Numbered from the stretch's first letter, positions 35,485 to 47,323 are shown. The stretch: 64,000 bases of DNA from Centroscyllium fabricii (GCA_051313645.2 JBNRSN020000009.1:160332001-160396000), one strand, 5' to 3'. Translations and numbers: made by a program. The notes: a model not told the origin generated them from the sequence alone.

Positions 35485-36505
35485 TGCTTCATTTCTCTAT
35501 CAAGAAGCATTTAGATGAGCACTTGAAATGCCATAGCATACAAGGCTATGGACCAAGTGCTGGAAAATGGGATTAGAATAGACAGGGCTTGATGGCCGGC
35601 GTGGACGTGATGGGCCGAAGGGCCTCTTTCTGTGCTGTATAATTCTCTGGCCCAGAAATTCCACTCATCGCATATCGGGTTTAAGCTCTACGAGCGCACC
35701 AGAGCTTAAACCCGCAGGAAGCAGCCAGAGCGCACGCTTCGGGTTTTCCTGTGCCGCCCAGTGGGGGGGTCGCTGCTTCCTGCGAGGTCCAGCGCAGGGA
35801 GCTGCGAACTACGAGATCATCCAGTCTTTCCGATGTTTTTAAAAAGTTTTTCTATGGACCAAGAGCAGAAAATTCAACACTGGATAAAAGCAGTCGTAAA
35901 CACCCGTTTTTATCTGGTAAGTGTGTATTTTATTAATTTTAATTGTTGTTTTTTCAGGTTTTTAATTGTTGATAACTTTAAAGACAGGTAAGTATTTTTT
36001 TAGACCTGTTGGAAGTAGAAACATTTTTCTGCAAAAAAATTTTTTCTTTAAAATCGGTTATTTGTGTAAAGCCCCGCTTTCACTGAGGGCTACGAATATC
36101 CCGAATCGTCCCGAATCGAAATTCGTGGCGATTCGGCAAAAAATGTGAAAATTCGTGGTGATTTCGTGGCGATTCGGGAGAAGGTACGAAGCTGTTACGA
36201 ATCTATCACGAATTATTCGTGGCTATTCCGCTTGAAAGATATGCCGAATGCCAAGAATGGTTTAAGAAACAAGTACGAATTCAAAGAATCAGGTAAGAAT
36301 TGTACGAATAAGGTACGACTCACTTACGAATATGCCGAATTATTTTACGAATCCACTACGACCTCCACGATTAAGTTACGACTACTACGAATTATCTACG
36401 AATAGTTTTTGATAATCGGCATTGTTCTTGACATTCCGGCATATTCTTGGTTGACGAAAGGCTATAAAAATCCCCCGAACCCCGGTTGAACCTGTCATTT
36501 CTACA

Positions 36506-37795
36506 ATGGATGTTCAACGGAAAGCATGTGTGGCTCTGGCTATGGAATTGGAGCACCATCACCAACTGCTGGTGTTAAAGGAACCCCCAAGAAGACAGAG
36601 AAGACGCAAGCGCTGGTGGGTTCGACCATGGCTGACACCTGCTAGAAGGCTACAATATGGGCACTACAACAGACTGTTGCAGGAACTGAGGGTGGAAGAT
36701 GAGAACTCCTTCAGCAACTATGTCAGAATGCCACCCCAGATGTTTGATGAGCTCCTCCAAAGGATCACCCCTGTCATCCAGAGGCAGCACACCCGCCTGA
36801 GACCACCCCTAGAAGCTGGACTGACGCTGGCCCTCACCCTCAGACACCTGGCTACAGGAGACGGGTACCCGACCCTCCACTACAACTTCAGATGTGGCAG
36901 GAGCAACGTGGGAGTGATCGTCAAGGAGGTGTGCCACGCCATCATTCAAGCGCTAAAGGACGAGGTCATGCCACTGCCCCGGACCCAGGAGGACTGGAAA
37001 GCCATTGCCCAGCAGTTCCATGACCGGTGGAATGTTCCTCATGACCTGGGGGCCTTGGATGGCAAACACATAGCCCTCAAGAAACCACCCAAGTCCGACA
37101 GTCTGTACTACAACTACAAGGGCTTCTTCTCCGTGGTTCTGCTGGCCATGGTGGATGCTGATTACAAGTTCATCTGGATTGACACTGGTGGACAAGGTCA
37201 TCAATCTGATGGACAGATATTTGGGGCCTCACAACTGAGGGAATGCATCGATGACCACACCATCCACTTCCCTGACGACGACCCTCTGCCTAATGATGAC
37301 AAAGACACGCCCTACTTCATCCTGGGAGACGATGCTTTTGGCCTCAGAACTTTCCTCATGAAACCATATTCCAGGAGGGGTCTCAGTGATGAGATGATGG
37401 TGGCCAACTACCGAATCTCAAGGGGCAGACGCGTGGTGGAGAATGGCTTTGGAATCATGGCCAGCAGATGGAGATGCTTCCTTCGAACCCTCGAACAACA
37501 TCCAGATATGGTGCGCACCATGGTGGAAACAGCTGTCCTCCTTCACAACCTCATGAGGATCAGGTTCCCCGCCATTGGAAACGCAGAGGTGGACCACGAG
37601 GATGACAACCACAACATCATCCCTGGAGCCTGGAGGGACGGCATGCAGATGCACGCGGTTCCACACCCCTATGCACGCAACATAGACCATCAGATGGGCA
37701 AGATCCAGAGGGACTACCTCACAGCTTACTTCAACAGTGCTGCAGGATCTGTTCCGTGGCAGGAGAGAGTGGCAGGACTGAACAACCAAGTTTGA
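36506..37795 (+). CDS. Harbinger transposase (DDE_Tnp_4/HARBI1-like), 429 aa, intact
   Basis: LALTLRHLATG HTH; GALDGKH (D), YYNYKG, LGDDAF (D), RRVVENGFG (E); TATAAAA about 40 nt upstream. Confidence 0.95.
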   Translation: MDVQRKACVALAMELEHHHQLLVLKEPPRRQRRRKRWWVRPWLTPARRLQYGHYNRLLQELRVEDENSFSNYVRMPPQMFDELLQRITPVIQRQHTRLRPPLEAGLTLALTLRHLATGDGYPTLHYNFRCGRSNVGVIVKEVCHAIIQALKDEVMPLPRTQEDWKAIAQQFHDRWNVPHDLGALDGKHIALKKPPKSDSLYYNYKGFFSVVLLAMVDADYKFIWIDTGGQGHQSDGQIFGASQLRECIDDHTIHFPDDDPLPNDDKDTPYFILGDDAFGLRTFLMKPYSRRGLSDEMMVANYRISRGRRVVENGFGIMASRWRCFLRTLEQHPDMVRTMVETAVLLHNLMRIRFPAIGNAEVDHEDDNHNIIPGAWRDGMQMHAVPHPYARNIDHQMGKIQRDYLTAYFNSAAGSVPWQERVAGLNNQV

Positions 37796-37984
37796 ATTTC
37801 AGGATACACAATGACAGTGATTTGACATTTCCTGTGATTATGGTAAAATTGAGGATAAATGGATAAATATGGATAATAGACTGAGGTGTTAAAGTATGAT
37901 AATTTGCCTTTGTGTGCTCAAGGGTTAGATGTATAAGATCAGATTTCTCCCCTCCCCCATGTGTGATCTTTGACTTCAGTCTCT

Positions 37985-38075
37985 CTGTGTTACATGTCGA
38001 AGGGGCAAAAGCACCGAAAGCTTGTGATTTGAAATAAAACCGTTGGACTATGAAACTGGTGTTGTGTGACTTTTT
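37985..38075 (+). mobile_element. Penelope terminal fragment inside the Harbinger intergenic region
   Basis: cgaaagcttgtgatttgaaataaaaccgttggactatgaaactggtgttgtgtgact matches the reverse complement of 32885-32945. Confidence 0.8.
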
Positions 38076-38323
38076 GGATAAATTGAGACAATTTTAATTT
38101 GAAAGTTATTTTTATTGTGATAAATAAATAAAGTGTTAAGCAACAAAAGGAAACCAGGATTTAAACAGCAAACAAGGTATATTGGGAAAAATTTTTACAA
38201 CTTACATATAACCACAAATTTTTAGAACTATTATTATAACCACAAATTTTTAGAACTAACATATAACCACAAATTTTTAGAAATAACATGTAACAATAAA
38301 TTTTTTGAACTTACAATTAACAA

Positions 38324-39778
38324 CTAAAATTCCAATTGCTCCTGTTCAGTGTCGTGTTCAGAGAGGCTGACAAAAGAGTCATCCAGTGGTGCACTCATGT
38401 CAGGCTGTTGGCTGTCTGCAGGTGGATTAAGGGTCGCGTATGTGGGGGAATCAGTGTGCCTGGAGGTTCCTGCCTGCTGATCAATCCAGGATCTTTCAGC
38501 GGGATGCCAAGCATGATGAATCACAGGCTTCGAGGGCCACTGCGGCTGATGTGCCTGCCACTGGCCTTGCTGTTGGTAGGGTTGATACCACTGACGAGGA
38601 GGAGGCATGGACAGGGTGGATGAGGTGCGTGGTCTCTGTCGAGAGGCTGCTGGTTCTGGTGGAGGTGGTGCTAGCGATGCTGCCTGGCGGGACTGCTCCA
38701 TTTCATCCACCTCACTTTCAGCTTCGGATAGGAGCTGTGACATTTTGTCCCTCAGCTGTATGAACATAGTGGTGGGCAGTCGCTGAAATGCTTGCCCCAA
38801 ATATTCGCCATACTTGAGGCGGTCCGGAAAGGGAACAGCAGGAACAGTGGGTGCTTTCAGGATCTGGAGCAGCTCTCTCTGCCTCTCCCTTGAGCAGGCC
38901 ATCTCCCCTGCAATGTCCTCCTCTTCCTCCATGGCTGACCCTCTCCCCTTTCCTCTGCCACCTCTGGAGCTGCTGGCGGTGGTGAGGGTGGAGCTTGGGG
39001 TGCTGTCCTGCGGTGGCGTGGTCACATTACCTTCCTGCAGGTCCACATCATGATCCCTGTCCTCAGGATCTCCAGTAGCCGGCTGTGTGGTAGCAGGCTT
39101 GAGGCTCTGCACAGTCCGCCTCATGACCTGGCCGATGTGCAGTACGAGGAACTGGAAGCGGCTCCAGATCCACTGCTGCCTCTCAGTCAGCTCCAAGGTT
39201 CCCTGGCCACTCTTTTTCCTCCTCATCTTCCCCATCTGTGTCCTAATACTGTCAAAGAAGGTTGTCAGGGCCTTCACCTGCTTGCCCATCCTCTTGGCCA
39301 GTTCCTCCCACGCCCTGTTTTTCCGGTCAGCGAAGCAGTGGTCCAAACGCCTCTTGTTAAATATGAAGTCGTGGGTTTCCAGAAAGAGGGCCACCTAGAA
39401 TAAAATTAATATAGTTGTATACAAAATCAAATTGACGATAGTGATTATTAATAAAGGAATATCACATATAAATATAACAGTTACCTCCTCTTGTTCTCCG
39501 TCAGTCAGTTTTGAAAGGAGCCTTGCCTTCTTTGGCTTGAACCCCTGTGACCCCGTGGATGGAGGAGCTTCCCCGTCGGTAGCATCGTCGGCCTCCAGCT
39601 CGACCTCGTGCGACTGGTGTTCCTCCTCCGATGGAAGATCTGGGTCGGCTACATGTGCTGTAGGGATGTCTTGAGGTACAGCTGGTTCCCTCTGGCTGTC
39701 CTCTATCACATCTTGGGCGCGCTTGGTGGCTTTGCCGCGTCCCTTGGCCTTGCTTGCTGGTCCTGCTCTTCTCTTCAT
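38324..39778 (-). CDS. Harbinger Myb/SANT (MADF-like) DNA-binding protein; 2 exons (39778-39485, 39394-38324), about 454 aa
   Basis: 90-bp AT-rich phase-0 intron GTAACT...TTCTAG (39484-39395); the joined reading LTDGEQEE|VALFLETHDFIFNKR...KNRAWEELA...DSIRTQMGK...KSG is MADF/trihelix-like. Confidence 0.88.
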
Positions 39779-41314
39779 GTTTTAAAGTGGTGAACTGTAG
39801 CACTCAGTGAACTCTGACCTGGTCAGTTTGGCGCCAACTGCCTGATTCGTGACCGATTCGTACTTGATTCGTACTACATTCTGGACATTCGTGCCTGTTT
39901 CGTGATGTATTCGGCGTGGGTCCACGAATTTGAGGGAGTCACGAATGCCCACGAATAGGCAAGAATGCAGAAGAAGCGATTACGAAGCCGTTACGGACGA
40001 TAAGAAAGGTTCACGAAGTGTTTACGAAGCGTTGACGAATTTGAAATTCGTGAACCCTCCCACGAAAGTTTTTGACAAGCAAAAACTTTCGTGCAAAATC
40101 GAAGAAATCACGCGAACTCACGCGAACTGTACGAATGTTTACGAATCAACTACGAATCAACTACGAATCATTTAAGAACTCCAAGAATTATCTACGAACC
40201 GGACAAATTTCAGATTCGGGACGAATCGGGATTTTCGTAGCCCTCAGTGAAAGCGGGGCTTTAGTTGGGGTAATGTTTAAAAAATGTGGTGTTTGTAAAA
40301 TTTTATTTTTGTGTTTAGATGTCTTTTGGGAATCTCTCCTTTCAAAACTCGCACAGATTTCTCTGTGGAAGTTTTGAACGGAGAATTGCTTCCACTGATT
40401 GGCAGGGCACGTGGTCTCAAAAGCCACTTCGCACTAATTACGCCCTTCAGATGCCCATGAAACTCGCATGGAGCTCTGACAGGCTGGGCTAACGGGAATT
40501 TCTCAGTGCAAAAAAGCAAAACTGAATATGGGCAATTAAAGTGCGTTAAGCAGGTACTGCACCCGCACGAAGGCTCCACTGCAATTTCTGGGCCTATGAC
40601 TCTATGGTCTGTGGGAAGTCCTGAGGTTGTGAAGGACTATACATTATATGTTTACATATCAGACTTCCACTGACGATCTCATAGTGCTAATCATGACCTC
40701 TTGTTGTGGTGCTGCTTTTCCTGGTAATCTTCAGTACAGAGAAACCTCTCGCCCTGCCTCTTCGACCCTGCTGTTACCGTGTGCCCACCATAGCTCAGTG
40801 ACTGGGCTGTGATAAGCATAATAAGGGTTACAAATGAGCCTGGAGATAATTCTGTCCTTTGGGCTGTGCTAGATAAAGCAGCATTATGATGATACAGCTT
40901 ATGACAACCTTCACTCCAGCGAATCCTCTAGGGCAGGTGAATGAAAGGGGGGGGGGGCGTCGAGGGGGAGGAAATGTTCGCTGCTATTTTCAAATCCCTT
41001 CTGCCAGATGGGACTTTATTAATTTCATGCCAAATAGTCAGAATTAAGAGACTTTTCTGCGTTCAAAGAAAAATCGAACTTCCATTTATGTAGCGTCTCA
41101 TCACATCCTCAAATATCCCAAATTACTTAACAGCCCAGGAGATACTTTTTGAGGTTTAGGCAGTGTTGGTATGTAGGCAAATACAGCAGCACAGCAAGAT
41201 TTTAGAAACAGCAAGTCGATGACCACTTTTAAGGTTGTTGGTGTTACACAAATAACAAAGCAAATGGTGAGCACAGACCAGCTGCCGAGTGTGAATCAAC
41301 TGTAATTTCTCTCG

Positions 41315-42170
41315 TCACTGTCAGTGTGTGTGCGTGTGTGTATAAATACCTCACTGACGGCGCGTGTGTAAATATCTCACTGACGGCGCGTGTGTGTAAA
41401 TACCTCACTGTTGTTACGTGTGTGTAAATACCTCACTGACGGGGCGTGTGTGTAAATACCTCACTGACGGTGCGTGTGTGTAAATACCTCACTGACGGTG
41501 CGTGTGTGTAAATATCTCACTGATGGCGCGTGTGTGTAAATACCTCACTGTTGGTACGTGTGTGTAAATACCTCACTGACGGTACGCGTGTGTAAATACC
41601 TCACTGACGGGGCGTGTGTGTAAATACCTCACTGACGGTGCGTGTGTGTAAATATCTCACTGACGGCGCGTGTGTGTAAATACCTCACTGTTGGTACGTG
41701 TGTGTAAATACCTCACTGACGGTACGTGTGTGTAAATACCTCACTGATGGTACGTGTGTGTAAATACCTCACTGACGGTGCGTGTGTGTAAATATCTCAC
41801 TGATGGTGCGTGTGTGTAAATACCTCACTGTTGGTACGTGTGTGTAAATACCTCACTGACGGTACGTGTGTGTAAATACCTCACTGACGGCGCGTGTGTG
41901 TAAATACCTCACTGATGGGGCGTGTGTGTAAATACCTCACTTACGGCGCGTGTGTAAATACCTCACTGACGAGGCGTGTGTGTAAATACCTCACCGACGG
42001 GGCGTGTGTGTAAATACCTCACTGACGGGGCGCGTGTGTAAATATCTCACTGACGGCGCGTGTGTGTAAATACCTCACTGATGGTGCATGTGTGTAAATA
42101 CCTCACCGACGGGGCGTGTGTGTAAATACCTCACTGACGGGGCGTGTGTGTAAATACCCCTCTGACCATG
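41315..42170. repeat. Minisatellite, about 28-bp unit (gtgtgtgtaaatacctcactgacggggc)
   Basis: About 30 copies; constant core of about 21 nt plus about 7 variable nt. Confidence 0.92.
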
Positions 42171-42235
42171 TATGTGTTCCCCCAGGTTGCTGGCATTTCA
42201 TACAGATTGACAATCCGGACACTTTTCTTTCTTTT

Positions 42236-42685
42236 GCAGTGTCAGCTGTGGCTCTGTTGGTCGCACTCCCGCCTCTGTGTCAGAAGGTTGTGGGTTCACA
42301 GTCCCACTCGAGAGACTTGAGCACAAAAATCTAGGCTGACGCTCCAGAGGTGCTGTATTTCAGATGAGATGTTAAACCGAGGCCCCGTCTGCTCTCTCAG
42401 GTGGATGTAAAAGATCCCGTGGCACTATTTCGAAGAAGAGCAGGGGAGTTATCCTCGGTGTCCTGGGGACAATATTTATCCCTCAATCAACATGACCAAA
42501 ACAGATTATCTGGTCATTATCACATTGCTGTTCGTGGGAGCTTGCTGTGCGCCAATTGACTGCCACGTTTCCCACATTACAACAGTGACTACACTTCGAA
42601 AGTACTTCATTCGCTATAAAGCGCTTTGGGACATCCTGTGGTTGTGAAAGGCGCTATAGGAATGCAAGTCTTTCTTTCTTTCTTT
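42236..42685 (+). mobile_element. Deu-domain SINE (SacSINE1-like), near full length
   Basis: tRNA-like head (gtggctc...ggttcacagtccc), Deu core and a (tttc)n tail. Confidence 0.85.
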
Positions 42686-42769
42686 CTGAAGAGCTGTGTC
42701 AGTTGGGACTGAGGCCGAGAAGAGACAAACCCAATGCACTGCGGACGATTAGCAGTCAGAGGGGGTAAA

Positions 42770-43035
42770 AGTGATGAACCTTTTGGTGTGGTTCACACTG
42801 TACGGTTATTGTATATAGTTTTGTTTAATGTGTTTGTTATATATCTGTTGATATCTTTACCTTTCTGTAAGGACCTGTACCGGCTGACCCCGCCTCTGGG
42901 TACTAGTATAAAGGAGAATGCTCCGCCCACTTATCTCTCATTCCAGGCAGGCTCATCGGGGACTCGGTTCAGTTCCTTGTTAATAAAAGCCACTTATTTA
43001 AGAACTCGCTGCCGTCTTTGATTTGAGGCATCTCA
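42770..43035 (+). mobile_element. Solo LTR (family L-a)
   Basis: 5-bp TSD GTAAA; the first base of TG is mutated. Confidence 0.9.
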
Positions 43036-43446
43036 GTAAATGTACATCTTACCCATTTGATCCGGACTACTGGTGATCCAAGTTGCTGCAGAGTCGGAGG
43101 AAATCAATCTGTCAATCATTTAGCCCGTCACTCAGCACAAAGTGCATCAATAAAACCAATTCTCTGCAGTTATCACTGAAGCTGCTGTCGGCTGGCAGGG
43201 AGGTGACGGCAAGCTCATCTGTAAAGTGTCAGTGAATGAGCTCCTCTGTGTGAATCAGGCATTGTGATGGGCAGAGCAAGGGCAGGCTAAGTGGTTCGGA
43301 GCCCAGAGGTGTAATTACTAATTGCTGCCGATGCTTTTTCTTCGCACAAGTGAAGTGGTTTTTCTAGTCAAAAATTATTTTGCTAAATTATACGAGGTGT
43401 CAGCCTTGGCTCAGTGGGTAGCACTTTCTCACCTCAGTCACCGGAT

Positions 43447-44315
43447 CATAAGAACATAAGAAATAGGAGCAGAAGTCGGCCACTCGGCCCCTCGAGCCCG
43501 CTCCGCCATTCAACAAGATCATGGCTGATCTGATCCTAACCTCAAATCTACTTTCACTCTCCATCCCGCCCGAACCCATGTGATCTCCCGGGAGAGGCGA
43601 AAAACCAGATAAAAAACCCAGTGGGAAAAAAAATCTGGGAAATTCCTCTCCGACCCATCTAGGCAATCGAAAACTGGTCCAGGAGATCACATGGCCGATC
43701 TGAACCTAGCCTCACGTCCGCTTACCTGCCCGCTCACCATAAGCCCTAATTCCCTTTACTTCTAGGAAACTGTCTGATGCGCTAATCAATCACACCAGTC
43801 TTTCGTGGATCGTAATCAAAGGCTTTTATTCGCTAAGAACAAGACCTGGTCCGCAATGAGTCCTGCCCGGAATGAGAGTCAGGTGGGTGGAGCATCCTCC
43901 TTTATACTCATACCCGGAGGCGGGGTCAGCTGGTCCAGGTGCTTACAGAAAGGAACAACTTTATTAGCATAAACTATATACAATAATAACAGTGTGAACT
44001 ACACTAAATGGTTCACCACACTGTCTATCTCTGTTTTAAATGTATTTAATGTTGTAGCTTCCACAGCTCTCTGGGGCAGCAAATTCCACAGACCCACCAC
44101 CCTCTGAGTGAAGAAGTTTCTCCTCATCTCAGTTTTGAAAGGGCAGCCCCTTATTCTAAGATTATGCGCCCAAGTTTTAGTTTCAACCGCCATTGGGAAC
44201 ATCCTCACCGCATCCACCCGATCAAGACCCTTCACAGTCTTATATGTTTCAATAAGATCGCCGCTCATTCTTCTGAACTCCAACAAGTAGAGGCCCAATC
44301 TACTCAACCTCTTCC
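43447..44315 (-). mobile_element. CR1 3' fragment interrupted by a solo LTR
   Basis: Sister of 27080-27675. Confidence 0.85.
43775..44020 (-). mobile_element. Solo LTR (family L-b, related to L-a)
   Basis: TG...CA ends; 5-bp TSD CTGTC; shares 'cctgcccggaatgagag...ctcctttatact...ggcggggtcagc' with L-a. Confidence 0.88.
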
Positions 44316-44712
44316 TAGGTTCAAATTCCCACTCCAGAGACTTGAGCGCATAATCTCGGCCGACACGCCCAGTGCCGTGCTGAGGGAGTGCCGCACTGTC
44401 GGAGGTGCCGCCTTTCAGACGAGACATTAAGCCCAGGCCCTCTCAGGTGGAGGTGCAAAAGATCCTGCGACCACTATTTCGAAGAAGAGCAGGGTGACCT
44501 GGCCAATATTTATGCCTTATCCAACACCTGAAACAGATTATCTGGTCATTTACTCCATTGCTGTTTCTGGGAGCTTGCTGTGCGCAATTTGGCTGCCGCG
44601 TTTCCGACATTACTGCAGTGACTACGCTTCAAAAGTACTTCATTGGCCGTAGAGCCCTTTGGGACATCCTGCGGTCATGAAAGATGCGATAGAAACGCAC
44701 GTCTTCCTTTCT
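44316..44712 (+). mobile_element. Deu-domain SINE (head at about 43397-43445 separated by the CR1 insertion)
   Basis: B box ggttcaaattccc followed by the Deu core. Confidence 0.8.
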
Positions 44713-44947
44713 ATAGGGGCTTTGGAGGCCCTTCGCAGTTCTCTCTGCTGTTAGTTACTTCCCAAATCGCAAACACACTGAAACATTAATAGACATAAAG
44801 GGGCATATCTTCCTCTGTGCACCAATTTATAAAGCACTCGCTTTTGATTTTGGTAAAGAACCAGAGTAAAGATGAGGAAAATGTATTTTTACGCAACGAG
44901 CTATGATGATCTGGAGTGCATTACCTAAAAAGGAAGCAGGTTCAATA

Positions 44948-45284
44948 CAGGTACACAACCCTTTATCCGAAAACCTCAGGACCGGGCGGGTCTCGGTTTT
45001 CGTGATTTTTCGGTTTTGAGAGTTTGCCCAGTGCGCATGCGCAGATCACAAGCGCATTGCCGTGTTTGCGGCCCAGTTCGCAGTCGGGGAACGGCATATC
45101 AGCCGTTTATTTACTCAGCATGGCATCAACAGCACGGCATTAAGGTAAAAACATACTTTTTTCTGTTGCCGCTGGTCACTTCCTTCAATTTTATTTTTTT
45201 AAATGGTCATTTTGGCGCAACTCGAGATTTCGGTTTTTGGAGCTTTTCGGTTTTTGGAGTTGCGGATAAGGGGTTGTGTACCTG
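44948..45284. mobile_element. Tigger/pogo-like MITE, second TIR type (CAGGTACACAACCC)
   Basis: TA|CAGGTACACAACCCTTTATCCG...CGGATAAGGGGTTGTGTACCTG|CA. Confidence 0.88.
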
Positions 45285-45366
45285 CAGTAACTTTCAAAAG
45301 ACAATTGGATAGATTTCTGGACAGAAAAGGCATCAAGGGGTATGGGGAGAGAACGGGAATATGGTA

Positions 45367-45760
45367 CAGGTACACATTCCTTTAACCAAAATTCTGAAAT
45401 CTGAAAAGCTGCGATAACCGAAAGGTTTTTTCGGAGCGTCACATGGCCCGAGTCGCGCCAAACATGACCCGTTTTGGACTAGAAGCGGTGCTTAGAGTAT
45501 AAGGTAATAACCCTAAAGCTAATTCGGGGCCTGAGGCCTGCAACGGGTGTTTATGAAACTTCCCAGCCCACCCGCGAGTCCAATTCCTCCCCGAGCCCAC
45601 AATCTCCTACTGCCTCCCGGGAGCATCTCTTCCGTTTCAGACCACCGCCAACACGGCAACACGCATGTGCGTGATCAGGGCGCCCTTCCGCGCCTGCGCA
45701 CTGGGCACCCGTTCCAAAATCCGAAAAATTCCGATATCCGAAACCCATCTGGCCCCAAGA
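45367..45760. mobile_element. Truncated MITE of the CAGGTACACA type
   Basis: TA|CAGGTACACATTCC left end; the right end is replaced by a SINE. Confidence 0.6.
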
Positions 45761-46162
45761 GCGGCACGGTGGCACAATGGTTAGCACTGTTGCCTTGCAG
45801 CACTAGAGACCCGGGTTCAAATCCAGCCTCGGGTGACTATCTGTGTGGAGTTTGCACATTCTCCCCGTGTCTGCGTGGGTTTCCTCCGGGTGCTCCGGTT
45901 TCCTCCCACAGTCCAAAGATGTGTGGGTTAGGTTGATTGGCCAGGATAAATTGACCCTTAGTGTTAGGGGGATTAAGTATATGAGGTTACGGGGATAGCG
46001 TGGGATACGTGTCAGTGCAGGTTCGATAGGGATCGAGGGATATGGGGGGGAGGGCAGGGGCGGGGTGCTGGGTTTAGATGATCAGCCATGATCTCATTGA
46101 ATGGTGGAGCAGGGTCGAAGGGCCGAGCGGCCGACTCCTGCTCCTGTTTTTCTGCATTTCTA
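45761..46162 (+). mobile_element. V-SINE subtype 1
   Basis: Full head, body and tail. Confidence 0.9.
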
Positions 46163-46589
46163 AATATTTGAAAAGGAAACATTTACAGGCCTATGAAGAG
46201 TGGGAGCAATCGGACAGCTCTTTCAAAGAGCTGGCGCAGGCATGATGGGGCAAATGGCCTCCTTCTGTGCTGTAAGATTCTGCAACTCTTCCCCCGCCCG
46301 GTCCTTATAGCAGGAGCCCTCACTCTTGTACTCTGAATAAGGATCCTTATATTGAGGGCGGACTCCGAAACATCCCGACTATGCGCGCAATGCAGCCTGG
46401 TATGCCGTACACCCACTGGGGGAAACAAAAATCCTCCCTCAAGAAGCAGGGACTGGCCCTGCGACATTCCACGTGATGGGATCTCAATGGGGAGACGGTC
46501 GGGGCTTTGCCCAAGAGAGGCGCAAATTCGGTGGAGCGACGGCTGTGCCCGCCCGACAGCCGAGCCAAATCCGGCTTTGGGCCTCGGTT

Positions 46590-47115
46590 AACATAGAAAC
46601 AGAAAAGATAGGAGCAGGAGTAGGCCATTTTGGCCCCTCGAGCCTGCTCCGCCATTCAATGCGATCATGGCTGATCATCCAAATTCAGTACCCTGCCCCT
46701 GCTTTCTCCCCATATCCCTTGATCCCATTAGCCATAAGGAATATATCCAACTCCTTCTTGAATATATTTAATGAATTGGCCTCTACTGCCTTCTGTGGTA
46801 GACAATTCCACAGGTTCACCACTCTCTGGGTGAAGAAATTCCTCCTCATCTCAGTCCTAAATGGCTTACCACTTATCCTTAGACTGTGACCCCCTGGTTC
46901 TGGACTCGCCGGCCATCGGGAACATCCTTCCTGCATCTAGTCTGTCTAGTCCTGTTAGAATTTTACAGGTTTCGATGAGATCCCCTCTCAATCTTCTAAA
47001 TTCCAGTGAGTATAAGCCCAATCGACACAATCCTTCTTCATACGTCATTCCTGCCATCCCAGGTATCAGCCTGGTGAATCTTCGCTGCACTCCTTCCATG
47101 ACAAGAACATCCTTA
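46590..47115 (-). mobile_element. CR1/HER1 3' fragment
   Basis: KDVLVMEGVQRRFTRLIPG...FKKELDIFL. Confidence 0.9.
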
Positions 47116-47323
47116 AATGCCACCGGCGCCAAATGGCCGCCCTACTACAGCTCGCTGGTCGGGGAAGAGGGACAGGAAATTGGCCGGATGGCACGTTGAG
47201 GGAGGGAAGAGGGTGGGAGAGATGATCGGGATGGGGGGTTGGTGGATGTCAGAGGGGCTCGAATGTACCAGCAGCAGCCTGCTTCTCCTGGGGCAACATC
47301 AATAAAAACGGAATCTTTCTTGA

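Larger units (their letters stand above)
36070..40260 (+). mobile_element. Full-length PIF/Harbinger DNA transposon (about 4.19 kb)
   Basis: TIR AGCCCCGCTTTCACTGAGGGCTACGAA (27 bp perfect, about 48 bp with 2 mismatches); flanks TAA/TTA; dense subterminal ACGAA/TTCGT motifs; two convergent genes. Confidence 0.95.
35649..40594. mobile_element. GGCCCAGAAATT-ended MITE hosting the Harbinger insertion
   Basis: GGCCCAGAAATT...AATTTCTGGGCC, flanks TCT/TAT, sitting in a CR1 tail; related intact copy at 49968-50732. Confidence 0.75.

Noticed and set aside
36506-37795. Domesticated host gene HARBI1
   Set aside because: It lies within TIRs with a convergent Myb partner and interrupts another MITE, so it is a transposon copy.
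41315-42170. CRISPR-like repeat/spacer array
   Set aside because: The variable parts are only about 7 nt and recur, there are no cas genes, and the context is vertebrate; it is a minisatellite.
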